In this document: positions 9,203 to 19,470 of the stretch, one piece after another
Position numbering within the stretch: position 1 is the stretch's first letter
Layout of the letters: each line of letters begins with the position of its first letter
Origin: Ginkgo biloba
Lineage: Eukaryota > Plantae > Ginkgophyta
DNA length: 26,946 nt
Reading direction: 5' to 3'
NCBI GenBank assembly: GCA_024626585.2
Contig: JANKJI020000002.1
Span: forward strand, 204,010,551-204,037,496
Program-made: the position numbers and the translations under genes
The notes under the pieces: generated by a model
Seen by the model: only the letters and a program-made list of their open reading frames with translations
Told to the model about the DNA's origin: nothing
Databases searched by the model: none

Positions 9203-11222
9203 ATGGAAAACCATGTTGGTAGTAGTGGAGATGCTGGCGATGATAAAGCAGGCACTGAAGTCCGAGGAGAACGAGAAGAAGGTGTAAAAAGTGAAGAACA
9301 GTTGTGTCAAGGTTCTTATTCTACAGCCAGTTCATCTTCCAAGTTTTGCAGTGAAGAAACAATCATCATACACAAATTTGTAGATTCTGCAATTGTTGGA
9401 GATACTGAAGAAGTAGAGGATGTTCACCATCATGGTCTGGTTGAACCTACCATTATTACAAAGGAAGCCATGGCAGATATAAACGATATGTTTGGGAAGC
9501 CACTGCATTTTGATAATTTAAAACTGAGAAATCAATCACGGAGAACTGAAACTATTAAGCAACCTGTGGAAAGTTTTCAGATATTGGCTGATGAAGATTT
9601 GGAAGAACAAGGTTCAAAGCAGCTACGTTCTCTGTCCAATGCAAATGATGACGATGATTCTTCTATTTGGTCTGTCAGAGATTTGCAGGTATTTGTAGAT
9701 GCTAGTCTTATCCATAAGTCCTCAGAGAAACTTCCAAAAGCAACATCTGAAGATTTTGCTCATGTCCAGGGCTTGCAAACATTGGCTGATCAAAGTTTTA
9801 AACGGAGCCAACAAGAGACATCTATAGAGTGCTCTATACCAGTCAAAGATTTTCAAGCTGGACAGGGAATAGAAGAGAGAGAATGGAACAGATGGATTAG
9901 CTCAGATGAACTAAATATTCCTTTGCAGTTGATAGAAGGCTCTTATCCTACAGCCAGTTTACCTTCCAAGTTCTGCGGTGAAGATACAATCATCATACGT
10001 AAATTTGCAGATTCTGCTAGTGTCGGTGATACCCAAGAAGTGGAGGATGCTTGTCATCATGGTCTGGTTGACCCTACTATTAATACAAGGGAAGCTATGG
10101 CAGCCATAAATGATATGTTTGGGAAGCCACTGCATTTTGACAAGTTAAAAACAAGAAATCGACCACCAAGAACTGAAATTATTAAGCAACCTGTTGATGT
10201 CTTTCAGATAATGGCTGATGAAGATTTGGAAGAACGAGGTCCAATGCAGTTACATCATCTGTCCAATACATTGGAGGAACATGATAACTCTGTTCTGTTT
10301 GACAAAGATTTTCAAGTGTTTGTAGATGAAAATCTTAGCAATGAGTCCGCCAGACAAGTTCCAACAAATTCCTATTCATCTGGGGATCTTGCACCTACCC
10401 AGGGCTTGCAAATGCTAGCTGATGAGCATTTCGAAGGGATCCTACAGAAGACACCCATAAAGTGCAATACATTCAAAGATTTGGATCTCTCTTCCAAACC
10501 AGTTGAAGCTATTCAAAATGGCCCAGCCATAGAAGAGAGAGAGTTGAATGGCAAAAGGTGCACTATAGAGGGTGTACAAGGGCAGGGAAACTTTATAGAA
10601 GGTCACTGTTTTGCAGACAGTTTGCTATCCAAATTTTGCAGTGACGATACTGTTGTTATCCGCAAATTAGTAGATTCTGCTATTACTGGTGATACTGAAG
10701 AAGTGGAGGCTGCTTGCCATCATGGTCTGGTTGATCCAACCATCAATACAAAAGAAGCTATAGCAGACATAAATGATATGTTTTGGAAGCCATTGCAGTT
10801 TGGCAATTTGAAAAGAAGTCGCCCCCCAAGAACTGAAACAATTAAGAAACCTTCTGAGAGTTTTCATATATTGGCTGATGAAGACATAGAAAACCAAGGC
10901 TCGCAGCAACAGTGTCTTTTGTCCAATACGNNNNNNNNNNATTCATCCCATCTCTTCTCTGCCATTTGTTGATAACTTTCAAATATTTGTGGATGAAAAT
11001 GTTCATTCTCAGTCCACAAAGGAAGATTTAGAAAAATCCCATTTTTCAGAGGATGTTAAACCCATCCCAGCACTAACTAATGAGAATTTCAGGGATATGG
11101 AAGAGAAATTACCGATGCTCTGTAATAGATCTAAAGATGAGGGTCTCTCCTGTGTGCCAGTTGAAGGTTTCCAGATCTTTGTTGATGAACAATTTCAAGA
11201 TCAAGAATCAAAGGATCAGTAA
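9203..11222 (+). CDS. BMF3: C-terminal coding block of a BMF3/MAD3.2-like spindle assembly checkpoint protein with three CD1+ABBA repeat modules and no kinase domain; joins ORFs 9203-10972 and 10989-11222 across a 10-N gap
   Basis: Three copies of (D/E)T(I/V)(I/V)I.K.(V/A)DSA..GDT.EVE...HHGLV(D/E)PTI(N/I)T(K/R)EA(M/I)A.INDMF.KPL, the plant BMF3 internal repeat. Its core matches Bub1 CD1 (human SPTVHTKEALGFIMNMFQAP). FQVFVDE and FQIFVDE ABBA motifs are present. There are ~575 stop-free codons before the gap, in a background where TE ORFs are riddled with stops. After the gap the frame starting at 10941 (IHPISSLPFVDNFQIFVDEN) is colinear with repeat 2. The ATG at 9203 may be internal rather than the true start. 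Confidence 0.88.
9308..11189 (+). repeat. Intragenic tandem triplication; units start at 9308, 9935 and 10598 (periods 627 and 663 bp, both in frame)
   Basis: Shared nucleotide blocks in all three units, e.g. tccaa(g/a)tt(t/c)tgc, catcatggtctggttga, gatatgttt.ggaagcca, agaactgaaa and tggctgatgaaga. Confidence 0.95.
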
Positions 11223-11988
11223 CCACAGTCTACTGCATTACAGAACAAGGCTCCAATTCTCTGATTAGTAGAGGACTTAGTAGTGCCTGTAAGGCACTGA
11301 ATACTCTGAAGACTTTTCCTAAATTGGTGGCCAGCTTAAATATTTGAAAATGTACAGTTTCAAGAAAAGGCTTGTACGAGCAGTCTATAGAGTGCACTAT
11401 AGCTGAAGATAAACGCATGATCATGGAATCCAAGGCTAGAATTTACATCAGCATATGTACTGTGAATACAATAGTGCAGAAAGATATGCTATCTGATTTA
11501 TTCATGGATCTAGATCCCTATCAATCGCACCTAAATGATCTTTGTAAGCATACTTACACAACAGCAAGTAATGCTTCTGATGGGAGGAATTTTGTGTAGG
11601 TCCTGCTAATGACAAACATTATAAATGTGTTGTAGAATCAAAGGAGAGGATTTGTGCCTTAATGTGTTTTACACCAGAAATTTAACTTCATAGATGTAAA
11701 AGATTTGGTGAGTGACTGGTGATGATATATGTTTGTGAAATGTGACTATCATAAGATACTGTATGCCTATTGAATTCCATGCTTGTTTTTTGTTTGCTAA
11801 TCTGAATTTACACATCCCTCGTTTCTTGAACTCGCTGCATTATTGTCAGAACAATCAATCCGGTCAATGAACATAGTATAAGGATCATATTGTGGCATTA
11901 GACTATATTTATTATGAACCTTTTTTTTCCCAATGGTGATGGCATTTNNNNNNNNNNNNNNNNNNNNNNNNNNNNNNNNNNNNNNNNN

Positions 11989-13721
11989 GCTCGATTTCGT
12001 TTCGGATTTTAGAGGAATGAGTTAAAGCCATTTAGGAAAAACAGGAGACAGCTGAAATTAGGAGAAAACAAGAAATTGAATCCTAGTATTATAAGAAACA
12101 AAACTGTCGAAGGAGGTTGGGAAAGTTGCAGCATAAATTGGCAGCAAGTGAAATCAGCAGCAATTCGTGCCAGAGGGAGTTCGGCAGAATTAATAGTTCT
12201 CTAGAGTGAAAAGGAGGCAGGGGAAGTGGTGCAGGCAATCATTGGTGGAGCGGATCATTGGATTTGTATTCAATTTGGCACTACTGTTTAGTGTATATGC
12301 CCCTAACAACACATCAGATTGAGTCGCCTTATTGGAATACCTTCTAAAGTATTTGAAGTTATTCCCATGAAATGAATTGTGCGATTATGTTGGGGTGCTT
12401 CAACTTCATGGAGTCCCAAGATGGGTTTAACCCCATAAATTCAAAATGCACAAGGGAAAATGAGAAGTATGTCTTTGAAGAGCTAAAGACAACACTGGAC
12501 CTAGACGAACAAAGTTGGCAAGGCTTGATCAAGCACACATGGTTCAATGGATAAAAGGGAGCAGATATAGTGCTAAGGAGATTCATCTGGGCATATTTTA
12601 TATAGACACAATGGATTCATCTCAACAGATTATATATCATGTAATACCTCCAATTATATGTCAGATCACAAGCCAGTATTATTCGATATCTCAATTGGTT
12701 TACAATGTAAGAAGCACAAGTTGCGGCCTTTCAAATGGTATATTATTAAAATCAACACTGGTAATTGACTTCAAAAAGCAGGAAGTAAACCACAAATTTG
12801 AAGAATCCAAACTGGTGGGGGTAAAATCGGTCGCTGTGACGAAGGAATGAAATCGATAATAAAGCAAGTACAGAAGGAAATACATACATCAGTCTGGCAA
12901 TCAAGAGAGGAACTGGAGCCACAAATGGCATGCCTCGAAATCAATCCCGTAGATACGAGGGAGCATGAAAGGCTTACAGAAGCATTGGAGGAAAATAATC
13001 AGGCAATAGAACAAATACCAAATGATTCCACATTGGGTCCCTATGGAATCTACAAGGAATTCTATGAGCTCGTACTCCTTCCCCTAGTATGGTATACAGA
13101 TCATATGCGAGGAATTCGAACATTCGTCCATGAACTGCAGTCACATAACCTTTTACTATTTAGCCCCAAAAGGAAAAAGTCAGATACAAAGTAATGAATC
13201 GGAGACCGATTGCAGTGAGTAATGTGTCCTATGAAATTATTGCAGAAAAATCATTTGCCCAAATATAAACAGTGGACAATACAAGGGGCAAAATGCCTTC
13301 ACAAAAGGAAGGCGAGTTTAGGACAATATTACAGTGGCGAGTGAGTTAATATGCATTCAATCAGAGAAAAACAATAGAAATATGGCGTATAAAGCGGATA
13401 CGCTGAACGCCTTTGATAGGAGCAGGTGGCCATTCATCAATCGCCACATTACCAGCGTAGAAGTTTCCAACAAATCTCACTGGATGGGCGGCAGTTTGTC
13501 TAAGAACAACCAATATTGCAATATTGGTAAACAGGAAGCAAACATGTTTTTTTCGAACCAGAAGAGATGCATGCTAAGGATGGTCACTATCTCTAGTACT
13601 ATATACTCTCTCTAGATACTTCAATGCTTGGAAGAAGCAGGTCTACTCATGGGAATCTTATTTAGAAAGGATATAAAAAGATACTTCACATGATATGGAT
13701 CAAGTAATGGGGTCCATTGCT
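11989..13721 (+). mobile_element. Degenerate L1-type LINE ORF2 (APE endonuclease and reverse transcriptase), running into an N gap
   Basis: Endonuclease-like SVYAPN, MLGCFN (GDFN), HTWFNG and SDHKPV. RT-like IPNDSTLGPYG..KEFY (KAPGPDG), NRRPIAVSNVSYEIIAEK (WRPISLLNVSYKII), QNAF.KGR, KADTLNAFDRSRWPFI (KLDFEKAYDRV.W.F) and C*GWSLSLVLY (RQGCPLSPLLY). Many stops and frameshifts. Confidence 0.88.
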
Positions 13722-15594
13722 NNNNNNNNNNNNNNNNNNNNNNNNNNNNNNNNNNNNNNNNNNNNNNNNNNNNNNNNNNNNNNNNNNNNNNNNNNNNNNN
13801 NNNNNNNNNNNNNNNNNNNNNNNNNNNNNNNNNNNNNNNNNNNNNNNNNNNNNNNNNNNNNNNNNNNNNNNNNNNNNNNNNNNNNNNNNNNNNNNNNNNN
13901 NNNNNNNNNNNNNNNNNNNNNNNNNNNNNNNNNNNNNNNNNNNNNNNNNNNNNNNNNNNNNNNNNNNNNNNNNNNNNNNNNNNNNNNNNNNNNNNNNNNN
14001 NNNNNNNNNNNNNNNNNNNNNNNNNNNNNNNNNNNNNNNNNNNNNNNNNNNNNNNNNNNNNNNNNNNNNNNNNNNNNNNNNNNNNNNNNNNNNNNNNNNN
14101 NNNNNNNNNNNNNNNNNNNNNNNNNNNNNNNNNNNNNNNNNNNNNNNNNNNNNNNNNNNNNNNNNNNNNNNNNNNNNNNNNNNNNNNNNNNNNNNNNNNN
14201 NNNNNNNNNNNNNNNNNNNNNNNNNNNNNNNNNNNNNNNNNNNNNNNNNNNNNNNNNNNNNNNNNNNNNNNNNNNNNNNNNNNNNNNNNNNNNNNNNNNN
14301 NNNNNNNNNNNNNNNNNNNNNNNNNNNNNNNNNNNNNNNNNNNNNNNNNNNNNNNNNNNNNNNNNNNNNNNNNNNNNNNNNNNNNNNNNNNNNNNNNNNN
14401 NNNNNNNNNNNNNNNNNNNNNNNNNNNNNNNNNNNNNNNNNNNNNNNNNNNNNNNNNNNNNNNNNNNNNNNNNNNNNNNNNNNNNNNNNNNNNNNNNNNN
14501 NNNNNNNNNNNNNNNNNNNNNNNNNNNNNNNNNNNNNNNNNNNNNNNNNNNNNNNNNNNNNNNNNNNNNNNNNNNNNNNNNNNNNNNNNNNNNNNNNNNN
14601 NNNNNNNNNNNNNNNNNNNNNNNNNNNNNNNNNNNNNNNNNNNNNNNNNNNNCACATCAATCCCTTCACCATGTGGTAAATGTCCACGTTAGTTAGCTTT
14701 AACTAGGAAGTCAAATCAAATAGTGTGGTAATTGAATTAATAGTTACAACTTTAATCATTCAAAAATTTTGCTCAAACTTAGAAGCAGGGGAGTTAGTGA
14801 GGGAGAGGATGTAGGAATATTGAAAAGCTTTTGCGCATAATCGAAGTAGTCTGAAAGGCGACATAAGTGCTATCCCAAGTCCTTCCTTCTTCCATCTTCA
14901 AGCTAAGGCTTAAGTTTTTACTCTACAAATTGTAAGTCGATCCTTGTGCGAGGCAACACTTCTATGCACTCTGATTTGGTATTCTCGAATTAAAGGATAT
15001 ACAACTCTATAAATAGATGGACGTTGATTCGACTTCCAAGTTTATTATAAAAGTTGTGCAAAGCATATCATTTTTTCTTAATAAAAGCAATCTTTTATAT
15101 GTAAACACAATTTATGACTGTGGAAATTTAACAAATTTAAAATTACTTCTAGCATATACATTTAGAGCTCCATATCAAAGGTTAATTTACAAAAGTTGCA
15201 ATTGCCATATCCAATTTGGAAAAAAAAGAGAATGGATATGTTGGGCAATGTTAAGTAATGTGATTAGAAGCATGTTTAATCTTTGCGTATTTTGATAAGA
15301 TTTATAAAGTTATCAATAAAGGATTGGGAAAAAAATAATGCAAAAAATGCAATCCAAGACATAGGTATGCCCCACTTGCCATCAAAATATAAAAGGCCAT
15401 AGGGTGATAATTTAATTGATGTTATGAGCAATGTTGTAGTGCACCCTAACGTTGATGACAAGTTCGAAAGCTATAATGGGAAATTATGCGACCACCTTAG
15501 TGATAACTTCTCCCTTCTCATTCTAGTTATAATTGCCATCTTAGCAAGGTCTTGCACCTTGAGACCAACTTCTACGCTTGGTTTGGTCAATTGA

Positions 15595-16055
15595 CACTAG
15601 TTGGAAAAAAATATTTCCCCTTCAACTTCTTTTCGTTTAGTGCAAGCATACCGATATACCCTCATTGTTGGTGTAGGTGGCTATTATAGGAATTGAGCTA
15701 CTTATACCGTTGTTATAGCTATTGCATACGAAATGCAAGTAGGCTACCTACACGTTTGTTGAAGTAACTATTTACGTAAGTCAGACAATTTACATCGTCA
15801 TTGCAAGTAGCCATTTACATGAATTAAGTCGTCCACATCATTGCTGCAAGTAGCTACTTGCATATGAAATGCAAGTTGCATGTAACTATTTACACAAACT
15901 AAGCTACCTACACCATTGTTGTAGGTAGCTATTTGCCTAAGAAATGTAAGTAGGCTACCTATACCTTTGGTGCAAATAACTCATTACATAGAATGTGTAA
16001 GTTTGTTGTCATCACTATTAGTGTAGGTAGTTGCATGCATGACTTATGCAAGTAA
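15595..16055. mobile_element. Probable terminus of a CACTA (En/Spm) DNA transposon with a subterminal repeat array
   Basis: CACTAGTTGGAAAAAA at 15595, followed by about a dozen degenerate direct and inverted copies of TG(C/T)A(A/G)GTAG / CTAC(T/C)T(G/A)CA between ~15640 and 16055. The opposite terminus was not found. Confidence 0.6.
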
Positions 16056-17919
16056 AATTCAATGATTCATAATATGAATATCTCACAACACTTGATCAAC
16101 TATATTCTAATCCCATAAGGGCAATTGTTACAATGGTATAGAATAATCTCCAATTTCATCGTAATAGATATATATGAATATCCCTTTTACATAGGTCATA
16201 CAATAAAATACATAAGAAATTGAGTAAATAATGGCATCGAAAGTGCCTCATCTTTTTCCACTATTGAATTTCATAGGTCCTCTTGTGAACTAGGCTTCTG
16301 CTCTATCTCTAATGCCAGATTTGGTGCTAGTGCTAGTAGTGTCAAAGGCCTAGGCACCTAAATTAATGCCATGAGTTCTACCTGTCTTTAGGTTCTAGCT
16401 TCTTTGGCAACTCTTTTATGATTTTCATAAATATCTCGAAGATCATTCTAGATCTGATGTTTTGAACCTTCATACCTAGTCAAATACAATGGAGGTCCTC
16501 TCTAAGGGCACTTTCTCTCCACTCTGCTTTTCATGCCCTTATTGAAATGAAAGTGCATCATTAAAGGGTCACACTGGTAAGCCTTTTCAATCCATAAGCT
16601 CTTCATCTCCTAAACATACTTATACGTATGGTTAACTCTCCTTATTACAAGATGACAAGTGTGTCTATTCAAAGGCTCCTTATCTTGCAGGACTTTAGGA
16701 AGATCTTTGACCATAATTGTAGTTGCCTTCTTTGCANNNNNNNNNNNNNNNNNNNNNNNNNNNNNNNNNNNNNNNNNNNNNNNNNNNNNNNNNNNNNNNN
16801 NNNNNNNNNNNNNNNNNNNNNNNNNNNNNNNNNNNCTTGCATTGTTTCATCATGGGCCTGGATCATATGTTCTGCAATTGTCCTATTGGGTTTGATGGCC
16901 TACTCCACCTTTAATTCCAATTGTACATGTGTTTCATATGGCCAAACTCTGATAACTTCAGTAGACAGGGTAGAGAAGGGGGCTTTGAGGTGGACAATTC
17001 CCATAAGTAATAAGAGATTGTAATTAACATCATCCTTACTAAATTCTTTGGCAAAAAATATCTTAGCAAGCACATTTTGGTCCAATTTGTTGCTCCTTTT
17101 ATAAAGTGACTCCAACCGCTCTACATCAAATTTCATTAGGGGAGCAGTGGCCAAAATAAACCTTATCTACAACCCTTAACTTCTTTTCCTATACATTAGG
17201 GCATAAACATTAGGTGGAACCTTGCATCTCAGCATCTATGTTGCTAGGGTGACTTCATGCAGAAGTAGGACCTTGATTCCTTCAACTCGTTCATCCAAAG
17301 AGGCACATTTCTTTGCCAAGGATTCAACCTTTGCATCCCTATTTGATTGATCCACTTTAACTATCAACCTATTCTTATCACATCATCACTAAACTCAAGA
17401 AAAATATCATTTCAGGAATAATGATGGTCCCATTTATATCTTCAGTAACTCTCCATCATATAAATTGATCTTAGTGTTAATTTTATATTATAATTTCTTC
17501 AATCATTCCTTATAAATGGAAAGTTTAATATTCCCCCAATCATAAGTTAAATTCTTCCAACTTTCTATCCCATTAAAAATATTTTTCTTTTGAAGTACAT
17601 TTCTCATGCATTAATCTTCTCTATTCATAGTTATTATATAATAATCCCAAACAATATAATTTATTTCTTTGCAATAACTTCTTAATTGAGATTTGGCCTC
17701 ATGTTTATGAACTTTTAATATAACGTTAATCAAGTTCTCTTATTATATTATTTTTTCCTTCCAAGTGACTATTTTGAGTTTCATTTATATTATTTCCTCT
17801 CCCACACACTTAATATAATNNNNNNNNNNNNNNNNNNNNNNNNNNNNNNNNNNNNNNNNNNNNNNNNNNNNNNNNNNNNNNNNNNNNNNNNNNNNNNNNN
17901 NNNNNNNNNNNNNNNNNNN

Positions 17920-19470
17920 GAAAAGAACAACTTGATCTTCAACCTCACACCTTTCTTCCTCTATCTTCTACGTAATTGCTTGCTTAGAACGTTTTGCAAC
18001 TTATGGTGTTGGGGTAGAAATTGGTTCTTCTTGTTCACTCCAAGAGCAATCTTGATGATCATCATAATCAATCCAAAATAAAGCACCTCCTTGTCTTGCC
18101 TTTTTTCCATCTTATTAAATTTCTATCTATGATATCTAGTTAAATGTAGACCATATTAACATATTTACCCTTCCTCCATGTAGTGAAAAATATGAAGCAT
18201 GGATTGTACATATAAGTTGAGTGTTGTTACATAAACACAAAATAAAAAATAAGATATATAAGTTAGTTGTAGGGTGCAGGGATAAGCTTTATTGTGACTC
18301 CAGTGCTAGTGCTTACCCTTGTAGGGGGATGATTAGTACTTGGAGCATTGCTCCCTGAAGAAAGTTTATCAACAATTTCTTTTAGCTCTTTAATAATTTG
18401 TTCCTCCATTTTTCAAATCTTATCTTTTGTTTCCATTGAATTAGTTGGAACATCTAACAATTCTCTTGTCATTTCTTCAACCTCCTTTTTAAAGGCTTTT
18501 AATTCTTGCCATCCGTCTTGAAACTTAGGTCATGACTAGTTTGGACTCCTACATTTACCACACTTCTTCCTGGAATTTAATTGGCTCATTGGAAAGCTAG
18601 GTTTGCTTCAATTCTTGCTCTAGCGATGCCACCCTCTCCTTCAAATGTTTGTTTTCTTGGGCTAGCTGGTCATTTGCTATCATGAGGTTAGTGGTGCATA
18701 TATCGAAAAGAACAAATGCATCTTCAACCTCCCACTTCTCTTCCTCTGTCTTCTACACAATGATTTTCCAAGAAGGTTCTAAAACTTGTGAGTTGGGGGA
18801 AATAATTGGTTCTTCTTGTTCAACTCCAAGCATAGTGTTAATGATCATTTGGATCAATCCAAGATGAAGCACCTCTTGTCCTGCCTTTCTTCCATCTTAT
18901 TAAATTTCTAACCCAGTAAAATGTAGGCCATATTAACATATTCACGCTTCCTCCATGTAGTGAGAAATATGAAGTATGGATTGTATACATAAGTTGAGTG
19001 TTGTTACATGAATACATAATTGAAAATAAGATATGTAAGTTAGTTATAAGGTGCATGGATAAGCTTTATTGTGACTCCATTACTAATGCTTATTGACGGT
19101 CCCAAGGTTACACCCGGAGCTAATGGGGATAAGGCTAACTGGTCTGCATACTCTAGAGTGGGCAATGGTGTCACGATAGGGTCAATAGTGAGGGGCCAAA
19201 TGGCCCTCCGTTTCAATAGGGGTGGTTCCCTTTAAGGAGCACAAAACACTGGAAATAAAAGATAAAAGGGGCAAAGAGCNNNNNNNNNNNNNNNNNNNNN
19301 NNNNNNNNNNNNNNNNNNNNNNNNNNNNNNNNNNNNNNNNNNNNNNNNNNNNNNNNNNNNNNNNNNNNNNNNNNNNNNNAGAGAGGGAGACTCGGCGCGA
19401 TTTAACCACATCAAAAATTGCAGTCAATAATGCTTGATCCTGTAGCAGGACGATTAGGAAATAAATTGTC
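17920..19470. repeat. Diverged tandem duplication (~785-bp offset): 17920-18340 versus 18706-19090 plus 19430-19460
   Basis: Shared blocks: aattggttcttcttgttc, ccatcttattaaatttcta, ccatattaacatatt, cttcctccatgtagtga, ataagttgagtgttgttacat and ggataagctttattgtgactcca. Confidence 0.92.
19091..19429. mobile_element. Solo-LTR-like insertion with a perfect 5-bp TSD (ATGCT) and TATTGAC...GTCAATA termini; true length unknown because of an internal N gap
   Basis: ATGCT at 19086-19090 and 19430-19434, and a 7-bp terminal inverted repeat. The flanks rejoin to match the uninterrupted paralogous copy at ~18305-18340. Confidence 0.85.

Noticed and set aside
10667-10909. Antisense ORF over BMF3 repeat 3
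   Set aside because: Short shadow ORF with no independent motif.
11223-11950. Bub1 kinase domain following the repeats
   Set aside because: No kinase motifs (GxGxxG, HxD, DFG) were found, consistent with the kinase-less BMF3 type.
14655-15590. Possible Mutator-like terminal repeat or Helitron helicase relic
   Set aside because: Only a vague resemblance; no partner inverted repeat, TSD or convincing motif.
15640-16055. CRISPR-like array of palindromic repeats
   Set aside because: Eukaryotic context, degenerate repeats with irregular spacing, spacers related to each other and no cas genes. CACTA subterminal repeats explain it better.
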